DNA of 56,689 nucleotides from an uncultured Candidatus Saccharibacteria bacterium (GCA_964427275.1 CAYRSR010000005.1:1-56689), one strand, 5' to 3'. Positions 10,506 through 20,922 are shown, counted from the first letter of the stretch. Notes: a model not told the origin generated them from the letters alone. Translations and numbers: made by a program.

Positions 10506-11574
10506 AGCCTTAGCCATATTTGCCAGTACAATCATCGGAGTAGGTATCTTCGGCTTACCCTATGTTGCCGTTAAGATTGGTTTCTTGCCCTTTATCTTAT
10601 ACTTTTTAATTACAAGTTTGGTAGTAATCGGGCTTAATATCTTATTAGGAAAGATAAGTCTGGGAACTAAAACGAAAGCTAGAATTCCTGGCTATGTAGC
10701 AAAATACCTGGGTAAAAAATGGGGTTACTTCTGCTTATTAGTTTCTGGCTTGGCTTTAATTGGAGCTTTAACTTCTTATCTAATTATTGGTGGAAGATTT
10801 ATTGGTCTCTTACTTTCAATTCCTGAGCTTTTAGCTGTATTAATCTATTTTAGCCTTGGCTCATTTTTGATTTTTAGAGGAATTCGAGCAATCGCTTTGG
10901 TAGAACTTTTATTACTAATTCTTCTAACTCTAATTTTATTTGGCTTTCTATTTAAATCTATACCTACCTTTAAACTACATAACTTAACCTGGTTCAATTC
11001 TTTGGCTCTCTGGCCAATTGGAGCAATAATCTTTTCTTTATGGGGATTAGCTTTAGTTCCTGAAATAAAAGAAATGGTTAAAAGTCAAAAAAAATTAAAT
11101 TTAGTAATTATTTCAGGTATAATTATTGCAGTAATATACTACTTGATATTTAGCTTTATTATCGTTGGAATCTGCGGAGAAAATACACCTGAAGATGCCT
11201 TATCTGGTCTAGACTCTTATCCTACCTTTCAAACTGCAATGTTAATATTTGGCATTTTAACTACCTTTACTTCTTTCATTTCCCTAGGACTAACTTTAAA
11301 AAAGATTCTCTGGTACGACTTTGGAATTCCAAAAAATTTTTCCTGGATTTTAAGTTGTTTTATCCCACTGGCACTATACTTGGCTGGCTTAAAAAGTTTT
11401 ATTGCTTTAATTAGCGTTACTGGCGGTATATTTTTAGCCTCAGAAGGAATATTAGTACTGTTTACCTACTTAAGTTTTAAAAAACAATCCAGAGTTAATC
11501 TTTACTTTAAACAAAAATTTAAGAATCCTGCCCGTCATCGCCTATGGCTCAGACCTTGGCAGGCGAGTGGATAA
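10495..11574 (+). CDS. Amino-acid permease (TyrP/Mtr-like), possibly C-terminally truncated
   Basis: STIIGVGIFGLPY, TTFTSFI, about 10 TM segments; ends in a non-hydrophobic tail encoded by a GC-rich element. Confidence 0.75.
   Translation: MNLKALAIFASTIIGVGIFGLPYVAVKIGFLPFILYFLITSLVVIGLNILLGKISLGTKTKARIPGYVAKYLGKKWGYFCLLVSGLALIGALTSYLIIGGRFIGLLLSIPELLAVLIYFSLGSFLIFRGIRAIALVELLLLILLTLILFGFLFKSIPTFKLHNLTWFNSLALWPIGAIIFSLWGLALVPEIKEMVKSQKKLNLVIISGIIIAVIYYLIFSFIIVGICGENTPEDALSGLDSYPTFQTAMLIFGILTTFTSFISLGLTLKKILWYDFGIPKNFSWILSCFIPLALYLAGLKSFIALISVTGGIFLASEGILVLFTYLSFKKQSRVNLYFKQKFKNPARHRLWLRPWQASG
11527..11570. repeat. GC-rich REP-like hairpin overlapping two convergent 3' ends
   Basis: CCTGCC (11527-32) and GGCAGG (11558-63) arms; markedly GC-rich versus its flanks. 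Confidence 0.5.
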
Positions 11575-12088
11575 CTTTATAGTAAACCTTAGGCAGAATT
11601 TTTAAAGCTAGCCAAAATCCCAAGCCACCAACCAAAAAGCCACCTAGTATATCAACTATCCAGTGAGCTCCAATAGCTACCCGAGATAAACCCATTAAAA
11701 AAACTATCAGAAAGGAAAAAATGCCCCATCTTTTATTAAGGAAAAAAATTAATAAACTAACTGGAAACCAGAAACTGACATGTCTAGAAGGAAAAGAATT
11801 AGATTTTGAGACTGCAATCAAAGGAGGAATATTTAAAGTTACAAATGGTCTGGGTGAATAATAAAAAAATCTAATGGTTTCAGTAATTATTCCAGCAGAA
11901 ATAATTAGAGATAATGTAAGTAAACCAAATATTAAAACTTTCTGATAAAAATCTCTCCTAAAAGTTAGACAGAACAAGATAACTAACAACAACAAAGGAA
12001 GAAATTGACTCAAAAATAGTATTCCTTTAATTAGAGGAAATCTTTCAGCTAAAAGAGTAAACTTTAAAAACATTAAACAAAAGGTCAA
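11549..12088 (-). CDS. PAP2-family membrane phosphatase (undecaprenyl-pyrophosphate phosphatase-like)
   Basis: RPF, SFPSRH and SRVAIGAHWIVD PAP2 motifs. Confidence 0.88.
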   Translation of the reverse strand: MTFCLMFLKFTLLAERFPLIKGILFLSQFLPLLLLVILFCLTFRRDFYQKVLIFGLLTLSLIISAGIITETIRFFYYSPRPFVTLNIPPLIAVSKSNSFPSRHVSFWFPVSLLIFFLNKRWGIFSFLIVFLMGLSRVAIGAHWIVDILGGFLVGGLGFWLALKILPKVYYKVIHSPAKV

Positions 12089-12108
12089 AACTTAACTTAA
12101 GGTTAAGG

Positions 12109-12309
12109 TTATCTAGTAGTAAATGGAAGCAATCCTAAATATCTAGCTCTCTTGATAGCTTTAGTCAACCTTCTTTGATGTTTAGCACAAACTCCAGTAT
12201 GTTTGGGATTAATTATTTTGCCCTGGGCAGAAATGAACCTTTTTAGTAAATCAACTTGTTTATAATCAATATCCTTATAATTTTGTGAGCAAAACAAACA
12301 CTGCTTCAT
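12109..12309 (-). CDS. rpsR: 30S ribosomal protein S18 (C+ zinc type)
   Basis: [30 protein letters not shown]. Confidence 0.97.
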   Translation of the reverse strand: MKQCLFCSQNYKDIDYKQVDLLKRFISAQGKIINPKHTGVCAKHQRRLTKAIKRARYLGLLPFTTR

Positions 12310-12321
12310 ACCAACTTATTT

Positions 12322-12795
12322 TTAAAATGGTAAATCTTCTTCGCTTATTTCCTCTTCTTTTAACTCTACTTCCGGAAGTTCTTTCTCAGAGCCAGACTCT
12401 AAATTTTCAGTTTCTAATTTTGAACTGGAACTATCTAGATTTTGAGCTTCAGATTTCAGACTTTGAACTATCTTTGGACCGAGTTGCAGACGTTCACAAA
12501 TTATTTCAGTTCTCCAGCGGTTATTGCCTTGCTGATCTTGAAACTTACGAGTTTGTAATCTTCCCTCTATCAGCACCATGCTTCCCTTCTTTAAAAACTG
12601 ATTAACTATTTCAGCAGTTCTGCCCCAGGTAACCACATTGTGATATTGAACATCTGTTCTGGTTACTCCATCTTTATCTTTAAATACCCGATTAGTTGCA
12701 ACAGAAAAACTAGCCACTGGAATACCATTTGTGGTGCTCCGGAGTTGAGGGTCAGCAGTTAAATTGCCTAATATAAATACTTTGTTCAAATACAT
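12322..12795 (-). CDS. ssb: Single-stranded DNA-binding protein
   Basis: LNKVFILGNL, VLIEGRLQTR, acidic tail ending DLPF. Confidence 0.97.
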   Translation of the reverse strand: MYLNKVFILGNLTADPQLRSTTNGIPVASFSVATNRVFKDKDGVTRTDVQYHNVVTWGRTAEIVNQFLKKGSMVLIEGRLQTRKFQDQQGNNRWRTEIICERLQLGPKIVQSLKSEAQNLDSSSSKLETENLESGSEKELPEVELKEEEISEEDLPF

Positions 12796-12801
12796 AATTT
12801 T

Positions 12802-13197
12802 TTATTCGCTCATTTTTCTAATTTCATCTTCAATTGCCTCATTAGTTAAAATTTTTCTTTCAAATTCTAGCCTAGATTTACCTGGGGCAGATTGAGAAGT
12901 CTTCATTTCTTGAATAAGACCTAATTTTTTAATTATCAAAAACCGTAATACTTCCGGACATTTAATAAGTTTAGCTCTTAGTTGCCCAATTAAATCTGGT
13001 TTCCCCTCAAACTGCAAGTAGCCAAAATAACCAGTTTTCAATTTTTGAATTGGATAAGCTAAATCAATTTTTTGCAGAGTTCCTTCATTTGTAATAGTTA
13101 ACCCCTGTTGTTTTAAAAGCTGAAAAACAGGAGTAACATCCTCTTTTTTTAAAATAAAGGCCAGTTCGTAATTTCTAATCATATTTTCCATTACCAA
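12802..13197 (-). CDS. rpsF: 30S ribosomal protein S6 (start probably ATG 13191 or 13182)
   Basis: NYELAFI, LAYPIQK, GYFGY, VLRFLI; first gene of the conserved rpsF-ssb-rpsR order. Confidence 0.9.
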   Translation of the reverse strand: MVMENMIRNYELAFILKKEDVTPVFQLLKQQGLTITNEGTLQKIDLAYPIQKLKTGYFGYLQFEGKPDLIGQLRAKLIKCPEVLRFLIIKKLGLIQEMKTSQSAPGKSRLEFERKILTNEAIEDEIRKMSE

Positions 13198-13223
13198 TAT
13201 AATTAATAAAAATTCTTTGTCAA
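13196..13223 (-). promoter_or_regulatory. sigma70-type promoter for rpsF-ssb-rpsR
   Basis: TTGACA (13223-13218), 16 bp, TATATT (13201-13196) in the short gap after the rpoBC stop. Confidence 0.55.
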
Positions 13224-13233
13224 GTAATGGTTT

Positions 13234-16200
13234 TTACTTTGATTCAGAAAATTTAGAACGACCGATAGTTGGAATAAGATGTCCGATAATAATATTTTCT
13301 TTCAGGCCTTTTAGTTCATCCTTTTCGCCTGATAATGCAGCTTTTACTAAAGCTGAAGCGGTTTCCTGAAAAGATGCTGCTGAAAGAAAACTTCTGGTAG
13401 TTAAAGCAACTTTACTGATACCTTTAATTAATTGCTTGCCTTTAGCTGGCTTTCCATTCAGTTTTCTAACTCTTTGATTTTCTTTTTTGAACTGTAATCT
13501 TTCAACAATATCTCCAATTACAAAGTTTGTGTCTCCTGGATCAGTTATCAGAATCCTGGAAAGCATTTTTCTGACTATAATTTCAATATGCTTATCATTA
13601 ATGGATACTCCTTCAGAAGTATAAACTTTTTGAATTTCATTAACAATATATCTAACCACTTCCCTTTCAGATTTTAATTCAAATAATTCTTTAATATCTA
13701 TTGAGCCCTCGCAGAGCTGTTGTCCTTTAATTACCTTTTCGCCCTCTTTTACCAATAATAAATTCTGGCCTGGAATCTTATACTTCTTAATTTTCCCCTC
13801 AGCAGTTTTTAGTTTAATCTCAGTAAATAATTTTTGAGGCTTAATTTCTTCAACTTCTCCATCTACTTCAGCTAAGATTGCTTTTCCTTTAGGAGTTCTA
13901 GCTTCAAAAATTTCTTCTACTCTAGGAAGACCATAAGTAATGTCAGTTCCAGCCACTCCACCGGAATGAAAAGTCCGCAGAACCAATTGAGTACCTGGTT
14001 CTCCAATTGACTGAGCAGCAATTATTCCAACTGCAACACCAACTTCAACTGGCTTGTTATTTCCCAAGTCATAACCATAACACTTACTGCAAATTCCCTC
14101 GCTACTATTACAGGTAATCGGCGAGCGAACTTCAACTGATTTAATTTTTTTATTTTGGTCAATCAATTCAGCCTTCTTTCGGTCAATAATCTCTCCAGCT
14201 TTAACTATTACTTTTTTACCTACTTTTATGTCTTTAAGTGCAGTTCTAGAAAATAGCCTATCCTTAAATGAGTAACCAAATTTCTCTCCATCCTCTCTAA
14301 ATATTTCAATACCTCTGGTAGTATGACAATCTTTTTCAGTAATAATTAAATCTTGAGCTACGTCAACTAGGCGTCTGGTCAAATACCCAGCCTGAGCGGT
14401 TTTCAATGCAGTGTCAGTAACTCCTTTTCTAGCTCCATGAGTGGCAGTAAAATATTCTAAAACATCAAATCCTTCTCCATATGAAGAAGTAATTGGTAGT
14501 TCAATTATTCTATTTTGAGGGCCCTGTACCAGTCCTTTTATTCCTGTCATCTGGTTAATTGGTTCCCAGGAACCCCTGGATCCAGAGTCAGTAATTTGAA
14601 ATACTGGATTGTCTTTAGGAAAAGAAAGTTTGACCAAATGATTTATTTGTTGAGTAGCCTTACTCCAGATTTCAATAATCCTAGCTCTCTTTTCTTCAGC
14701 AGTAAGTAGCCCTTGATTAAATTGCCTTTCTACAGCTTCAACTTCCCTTTCAGCATCAGCTATTATTTTTGACTTCTGCTTTGGAGAAACCAAATCATCT
14801 ATTCCCCAGCTTATCCCTGAAATTGTTGAATACCTAAAACCAATATCCTTGATTTGATCTAAATAATCAGGAGCATTTTCAATTCCTACTGTCTCAATAA
14901 TTTCTCTGGTAAGCTCAGAAAGAGCTTTTTTAGTTAAAGTTTTATTAACAAACTCTAGCTCTTTTGGCAGGCACTGATTAAACAGTACTCTACCATAAGT
15001 AGTCTGAACTAGCTTATTTCTAATTGGTACTTTAATTGGTGAATGTAGAGTAATCTGACCTTGTTCAAAAGCCAGTTTTAGCTCTTTGATTCCTGAAAAA
15101 ACTTTTGTTTTCCCAGAACCCTCCTTAGTTAAATAATAACAACCCAAAACCATATCCTGCGAAGGATCAACTATTGGCCGGCCATTAGCTGGTTTCAAAA
15201 GATTTTTAGCCGAAAACATAATTTCGGCAGCTTCTTTTTGAGCTAGTTCAGACAAAGGTAAGTGAACCGCCATTTGATCTCCATCAAAGTCAGCATTAAA
15301 AGCTCGACAGACCATAGCTGGAATCTGAATAGACAAGTCCTCAATTAACCTGGGACAAAATGCCTGAATCCCCAACCGGTGCAAGGTTGGAGCGCGATTA
15401 AGTAAAACAAACTTGGATTTAATAATTTCTTCTAAAATAGCCCAAATTTCAGGAGTTTCTTGTTCAATTAATCGATTGGCAGTTTTAACATTATAAGCTA
15501 ATTCCCGTTCAATAATTTTATGAATCACATAAGGCCGACATAGTTCCAAAGCCATTTTCTTAGGTAAACCACACTCTCTTAACTTTAGATCTGGCCCAGC
15601 TACAATTACTGACCTTCCTGAATAATCAACTCGTTTTCCTAGAAGATTCTGGCGAAATCTTCCTTTCTTTCCTTTCAAAATATCAGCCAGAGATTTCAAC
15701 GGACGATGCTGTCTGGAAAGATAAGTTGAGCCAGTTCTGGCTGAATTATCAATTAAAGCATCTACTGCTTCCTGTAACATTCTTTTTTCATTAGCAATGA
15801 TAGCCTGAGGAGCTTTTAGTTCAATTAGCTCTTTAAGCCGATTATTTCTGGTAATTACCCTTCGATACAGATCATTAATATCTGATGAGGCATATCGTCC
15901 ACCATCTAAAGCCACCATTGGACGAAGATCTGGAGGAAGAACTGGTAAAACAGTTAAAATCATCCATTCTGGACGAACTCCTGCCTTAAGCATATTCCCT
16001 ACTAGATTATATCGTCTGGAAAGCTTCTTCCTTCTCCCTTTACTTTCAGTAGCTTTCAATTCTTCTAATAGTTCTTTCCGTAGTTTCTTTAAATCTATTT
16101 TCTCTAAAAGTTTTCTAATGGTTTCAGCGCCCTGCCCAGCTTCAAATACCTGTTTAAAATGCTTATTAAGCCAAATGTATCTATCTTCAGATAAAACAGT

Positions 16201-19200
16201 TCCAACTTTTAAAGTTTTAATTTGCTGAATTAATATTGCCTTTTCCTGTTCAGATATCTTCTTTTTAACTAAACTTTCAATGGCCTGTTTTCTCCTGGAT
16301 TCATCCACAGAAGTTACCAGATAAGATGCGTAATAAATAACTTCCTCCAGTTTATCTGATGGGATATCTAAAATTAAACCAATCCTGGAAGGAATATTTT
16401 TAAAAAACCAGATGTGAGCTACTGGCGTAGCTAATTTTATATATCCCATTCTCTCTCTTCTTACTCGCGAATGAGTAACTTCTACTCCACAACGTTCACA
16501 AATAACTCCCTTGTACCTGGGCCCCTTATACTTTCCACAGTAGCACTGGTAGTCTCTAGTGGGGCCAAAGATTCTTTCAGAAAATAGTCCATCTCTCTCT
16601 GGACGTTGAGTTCGATAATTTATAGTCTCCGGCTTAATTACTTCTCCCCCTCCTCTCTTTCCGAAAGTCTTAAATAAAGTTTTTTCAGCATAACACCAAT
16701 CCAAAATCTGCTCCGGAGACGCTAAAGTTAATTTTATTGACTTAATCTCATCTCCCTTTTTCTCAATATCAACATTTAATACCAAACTTTTTAGCTCACA
16801 AACCAGAACTTTAAATGAAGCTGGAACCAGAAGTTTTTTAATCTTTTCACCTTTAATTATTGATTCAAATGCAGCAGTTCGACCAGGCACATCATCTGAT
16901 TTGATAGTCAACATCTCCTGAAGAGTATGGGCAGCCCCATAACCTTCCAAAGCCCAAACTTCCATTTCCCCAAACCTTTGTCCGCCCATTCTTGCTTTTC
17001 CTCCTAAGGGTTGTTGAGTAATTAAAGAATAAGGTCCAGTAGATCGCATGTGAATTTTATCCTCCACCAGGTGATTCAGTTTCATCATATAAATAAAGCC
17101 AACAGTAACTTTCTGTTCAAAGGGCTCTCCAGTTCTACCATCATATAGAGTTACTTTTCCAGATTCCGGAAGTCCAGCTTTCTTAAGTTCCATTTTAATA
17201 TTCTTACTTTTAGCTCCTACAAATATTGGAGTAATAGCCTGATAATTTAATTTTTTCGCCGCCCATCCTAAATGGGTTTCCAGAACTTGCCCGAGATTCA
17301 TTCGCGAGGCTATACTCAATGGATTAAGTATAATATCTACTGGAGTTCCATCTTCTAGATAAGGCATATCTTCAATTGGTCTAACCTGTGAAACTACTCC
17401 CTTATTACCATGACGACCAGCCAACTTATCTCCTGCTTGAATATTTCTCCACTGGGCTAATCTAACTCTAATCCTCTTCAGTACCCCTGGTTCTAGTTGA
17501 TCTCCTTTTTCCCTGGAATAAACTTTTACTCCCACTATCTTGCCGCGTTTTCCATAAGGCAAGGTTAGAGAAGTATTCTTAACTTCTATAGATTCTTTAC
17601 CAAAAATAGCTTGAAGTAATTTTTCCTCAGAAGTAAGTTCTCTCTCACCTTTAGGAGAAATTTTTCCTACCAAAATATCTCCTCCAAATACTTCAGTACC
17701 AATTCTAACTATCCCTTCTTCATCTAAGTTAGCCAATTTTTCTTCGGCAACATTTGGAATATCTGGAGTAGTCTCTTCTGGTCCTAAATTAGTATCTCTG
17801 ACATCACAATAGAAATCCTCAATGTGAATTGAAGTAAATTTATCGTCTCTAACCAGTCTTTCAGAAATAACTACAGCATCTTCAAAATTAGCCCCATAAT
17901 AAGGTATAAAAGCCACCAGTAAATTTTGACCAAGTGATAAACATCCATCCTTAATGGCATAACTATCAGTTAAATACTGTCCTTTTTTAACTTTCTGCCC
18001 CGGCTCAACTTTAATCTGTTGAGAGATACAGGTATACTGGTTACTTAATTTAAATTTATCCACTTTAAATTCATAGATCTTACCTGATTTACCTTTCAAA
18101 ATAATAGCTTGCTGATCTGCCTTGAGTATCTTTCCATCTTCTGGAGAAATGATTACTTGCCTGGAGTCTCTAGCTATTTTTGTTTCTATTCCAGTAGCTA
18201 CAAGTGGTGGTTGTGAAGTTAACAATGGAACTGCTTGTCTCTGCATATTAGAGCCCATCAAAGCTCGATTAGCTTCATCGTGTTCTAGAAATGGAATAGC
18301 TGAAGTAGCCAAACTAAACGGTTGATAACAAGATACATCTATAAACTCTATTTCTGATTTCTTGAATAATCCTGGTCTGCCACCCTTTCTAGCTTTTACT
18401 CTAGCAGGAATAATCTCATTTTGTTGATTGATTGGTATTCCAAACATGGCAATAACATGCTTTTCTTCTTCAATCGCATCAAGCCAGACTACCTGATTGG
18501 TTACTTTTCCATCCTTTACTTTAAAATAGGGAGTTTCCAAAAAGCCTAGTTTATTAATCCTGGCAAAGCTGGCTAATTTATTTACCAGACCGATATTAGT
18601 TCCTTCAGGAGTTTGAATAGGACAAATTCTTCCATAGTAAGAACTTTGCACATCTCTTACTTCAAAACCAGCCCTTTCTCTGGTTAGACCTCCAGGACCC
18701 ATAACCGAAAGTAATCTCTTGTGTTCCAGTTCTGCCAAAGGATTAACTTGATCCATAAACTGAGAAAGCGAACATAAGGCAAAAAAACCGTCTACCAGAC
18801 TAGTTAAGACTTTGGGATTTATGAGTTGAGCTGGAACTAAACTAGTTTTTTCCAGAGTAGACATCCGGTCTTGAATAGCTCTCCTTAATCTTCCAAACCC
18901 GACTCTCAACTTACTTTGAATTAGCTCTCCCACTGGCCTAATCCTTCTATTTCCAAGATGATCAATATCATCTGGCTCGGCACCAGGATTTTCATTCAGG
19001 TTAATAATTTCCCTGACTATAGTCGTTAAGTCTTCTAGGTCTAGTAGTCTTGAAGCTTTATTTTTAAACCCTAGTCTTTGGTTAAGTTTATACCTACCTA
19101 CATCGAATAAATCATATCGCTCGGTGGAAAAAAACATTGATTCAACTAAGGATTTAGCATTTTCAACAGTAGCCAGGTCACTTGGGCGCAATCTTCGATA

Positions 19201-19878
19201 AATTTCTACAAAAGCAGTGGCTTTGTTTTTAGCAGCATCTCGATTCAAAGTCGGTTTAATCTTTTCACCTAAAGCTGCCAAAATTTCCTTATCAGTTTCC
19301 AGCCCAAAAGCTCTTAGTAAGTCAGTAACTGGAATTTTTCTTTTTTTATCTATTCTTACCCAGATTGAAGAATCCGGATTGGTTTCAAACTCCAACCAGG
19401 AACCTTTAGATGGAATTAACTTAGCTCCAAACAATTTTTTTCCTTTAAATACATTAGCGGTAAAATATACTCCTGGAGAACGAATCAACTGAGATACTAC
19501 TACTCGCTCAACTCCATTGATGATAAAAGTACCTCGGTCAGTCATTAAAGGATAATCACCAAAATAAACAGATTGGGTAACAGTCTTTTTGGTTAGATGA
19601 TTAACTAATTTAAGTTTAACTTTAAGTGAGGATACATAACTTTGTTCTCTATGTTTACTTTCTTCCTCAGAAAATTTTGGAGCATCAAACTTATAACTCA
19701 AATAGTGAAGTTCTAGTTCTTTTCCAGAGGGATCTTTAACCGGAAAAAATTCTTCAAATAACTCTTTCCAACCTTGAGTCTTAAGCCAGTTAAATGAGTT
19801 AAGCTGAAACTCAAATAAGCCCTTGGGCTCAAGAATTGGACCATTATAAGAGGAGAAATTTTTAGTAGTGTTGAACAT
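13234..19878 (-). CDS. rpoBC: Fused DNA-directed RNA polymerase beta-beta' subunit
   Basis: Beta motifs (GDKLAGRHGNKG, GGQRFGEME) and beta' motifs (Zn ribbon, GKRVDYSGR, NADFDGD, EPGTQ) in one 2214-aa frame. Confidence 0.96.
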   Translation of the reverse strand: MFNTTKNFSSYNGPILEPKGLFEFQLNSFNWLKTQGWKELFEEFFPVKDPSGKELELHYLSYKFDAPKFSEEESKHREQSYVSSLKVKLKLVNHLTKKTVTQSVYFGDYPLMTDRGTFIINGVERVVVSQLIRSPGVYFTANVFKGKKLFGAKLIPSKGSWLEFETNPDSSIWVRIDKKRKIPVTDLLRAFGLETDKEILAALGEKIKPTLNRDAAKNKATAFVEIYRRLRPSDLATVENAKSLVESMFFSTERYDLFDVGRYKLNQRLGFKNKASRLLDLEDLTTIVREIINLNENPGAEPDDIDHLGNRRIRPVGELIQSKLRVGFGRLRRAIQDRMSTLEKTSLVPAQLINPKVLTSLVDGFFALCSLSQFMDQVNPLAELEHKRLLSVMGPGGLTRERAGFEVRDVQSSYYGRICPIQTPEGTNIGLVNKLASFARINKLGFLETPYFKVKDGKVTNQVVWLDAIEEEKHVIAMFGIPINQQNEIIPARVKARKGGRPGLFKKSEIEFIDVSCYQPFSLATSAIPFLEHDEANRALMGSNMQRQAVPLLTSQPPLVATGIETKIARDSRQVIISPEDGKILKADQQAIILKGKSGKIYEFKVDKFKLSNQYTCISQQIKVEPGQKVKKGQYLTDSYAIKDGCLSLGQNLLVAFIPYYGANFEDAVVISERLVRDDKFTSIHIEDFYCDVRDTNLGPEETTPDIPNVAEEKLANLDEEGIVRIGTEVFGGDILVGKISPKGERELTSEEKLLQAIFGKESIEVKNTSLTLPYGKRGKIVGVKVYSREKGDQLEPGVLKRIRVRLAQWRNIQAGDKLAGRHGNKGVVSQVRPIEDMPYLEDGTPVDIILNPLSIASRMNLGQVLETHLGWAAKKLNYQAITPIFVGAKSKNIKMELKKAGLPESGKVTLYDGRTGEPFEQKVTVGFIYMMKLNHLVEDKIHMRSTGPYSLITQQPLGGKARMGGQRFGEMEVWALEGYGAAHTLQEMLTIKSDDVPGRTAAFESIIKGEKIKKLLVPASFKVLVCELKSLVLNVDIEKKGDEIKSIKLTLASPEQILDWCYAEKTLFKTFGKRGGGEVIKPETINYRTQRPERDGLFSERIFGPTRDYQCYCGKYKGPRYKGVICERCGVEVTHSRVRRERMGYIKLATPVAHIWFFKNIPSRIGLILDIPSDKLEEVIYYASYLVTSVDESRRKQAIESLVKKKISEQEKAILIQQIKTLKVGTVLSEDRYIWLNKHFKQVFEAGQGAETIRKLLEKIDLKKLRKELLEELKATESKGRRKKLSRRYNLVGNMLKAGVRPEWMILTVLPVLPPDLRPMVALDGGRYASSDINDLYRRVITRNNRLKELIELKAPQAIIANEKRMLQEAVDALIDNSARTGSTYLSRQHRPLKSLADILKGKKGRFRQNLLGKRVDYSGRSVIVAGPDLKLRECGLPKKMALELCRPYVIHKIIERELAYNVKTANRLIEQETPEIWAILEEIIKSKFVLLNRAPTLHRLGIQAFCPRLIEDLSIQIPAMVCRAFNADFDGDQMAVHLPLSELAQKEAAEIMFSAKNLLKPANGRPIVDPSQDMVLGCYYLTKEGSGKTKVFSGIKELKLAFEQGQITLHSPIKVPIRNKLVQTTYGRVLFNQCLPKELEFVNKTLTKKALSELTREIIETVGIENAPDYLDQIKDIGFRYSTISGISWGIDDLVSPKQKSKIIADAEREVEAVERQFNQGLLTAEEKRARIIEIWSKATQQINHLVKLSFPKDNPVFQITDSGSRGSWEPINQMTGIKGLVQGPQNRIIELPITSSYGEGFDVLEYFTATHGARKGVTDTALKTAQAGYLTRRLVDVAQDLIITEKDCHTTRGIEIFREDGEKFGYSFKDRLFSRTALKDIKVGKKVIVKAGEIIDRKKAELIDQNKKIKSVEVRSPITCNSSEGICSKCYGYDLGNNKPVEVGVAVGIIAAQSIGEPGTQLVLRTFHSGGVAGTDITYGLPRVEEIFEARTPKGKAILAEVDGEVEEIKPQKLFTEIKLKTAEGKIKKYKIPGQNLLLVKEGEKVIKGQQLCEGSIDIKELFELKSEREVVRYIVNEIQKVYTSEGVSINDKHIEIIVRKMLSRILITDPGDTNFVIGDIVERLQFKKENQRVRKLNGKPAKGKQLIKGISKVALTTRSFLSAASFQETASALVKAALSGEKDELKGLKENIIIGHLIPTIGRSKFSESK

Positions 19879-20912
19879 TAACGGTATAAGTACCGATTAT
19901 AATTATGCTGCTTTAAAGTCTTGGAAAAAATAGTTTTTTTAGTACCTTTAGCTGATAGATAATAAAGATAATCATTCGGAATAGGAGAAATTGCTGCCTC
20001 TAAACTTTCCAATCCGAAATTAGCTATTGGGAAAGGAGGTAATCCCAGGTTACGATAAGTATTATACAGAGATTTTATCTGAAAATCAGTTTTTCTTAAA
20101 TTAAGTAAATCTGGCTGACAAGTCAAGAACCTTTTTCCACACTTAATATAAACTACTGTGGCATCTACCTGCAATGGAATTTTTTGGTTCAATCGATTTA
20201 ACAAAACTCCCGCTACCAATTTTTTATCTTTTAAAGTAATTACCTCTTTCTCTAGTAAAGAAGCTAAAATTAAGATATTAAACCAATCCCGGCGATTACT
20301 AATCCTAGGCCAAACCTTGTCCTGAAAATTATCCAGAAATTTTCTAAGCACATCCTCAATTGAACAGTCTAGCCTGAAATAATAAGTGTCCGGATATAAA
20401 AATCCTTCCAGGTTATTAACCTGCTTAAGGAAAGGATATTTCTTCTTTAAATTACTTTTTTCAAGACTGAAATTCAATAACTCATTTGGGAAAATTATTC
20501 CTTCAGAAGCCAGAATTTCATCTATATCAGCCAGGGTAGCTCCTTTAGGAATAAAAACTAGCTTTTGCCGATACCGACCTTTAGATAAAACTCTAGCAAT
20601 CTTTGAAGCAGGCATATTAGAATCTAATTCGTAAATTCCCGGCTTGAACTTAAAAGCTGTACCAGAAAATATAGCTTGAAGTTTAAAAGCAAAAGCTGAT
20701 TGAACTATTCCTCGCTCAAGTAAATCTACAGCAATTTTTCTTACTCCATCACCCTGGTTTACTCGATACTTAATCAGACGATTTTTTCCAGCGGGTAATA
20801 AATTAGAATAAAACCAGCCAGCAAGTAAACAAATAATAGCCAAAACTAAGGCTGTTGCCATTATTAATCGGAACTTATAAAAAAAATTGTATAAAAATCC
20901 TTTTTTAATCAA
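19878..20912 (-). CDS. mltG: Endolytic transglycosylase MltG (YceG)
   Basis: N-terminal TM, LEGFLYPDTY, ILASLLEKE, LQVDAT, YNTYRNLGLPP. Confidence 0.92.
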   Translation of the reverse strand: MIKKGFLYNFFYKFRLIMATALVLAIICLLAGWFYSNLLPAGKNRLIKYRVNQGDGVRKIAVDLLERGIVQSAFAFKLQAIFSGTAFKFKPGIYELDSNMPASKIARVLSKGRYRQKLVFIPKGATLADIDEILASEGIIFPNELLNFSLEKSNLKKKYPFLKQVNNLEGFLYPDTYYFRLDCSIEDVLRKFLDNFQDKVWPRISNRRDWFNILILASLLEKEVITLKDKKLVAGVLLNRLNQKIPLQVDATVVYIKCGKRFLTCQPDLLNLRKTDFQIKSLYNTYRNLGLPPFPIANFGLESLEAAISPIPNDYLYYLSAKGTKKTIFSKTLKQHNYNRYLYR

Positions 20913-20922
20913 AGGCTTAGTA

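Noticed and set aside
16700-16780. rpoBC fusion as a single-base read-through error
   Set aside because: The beta tail and beta' leader are both missing and no intergenic remnant exists, which a lost stop codon alone would not explain; read support is still advisable.
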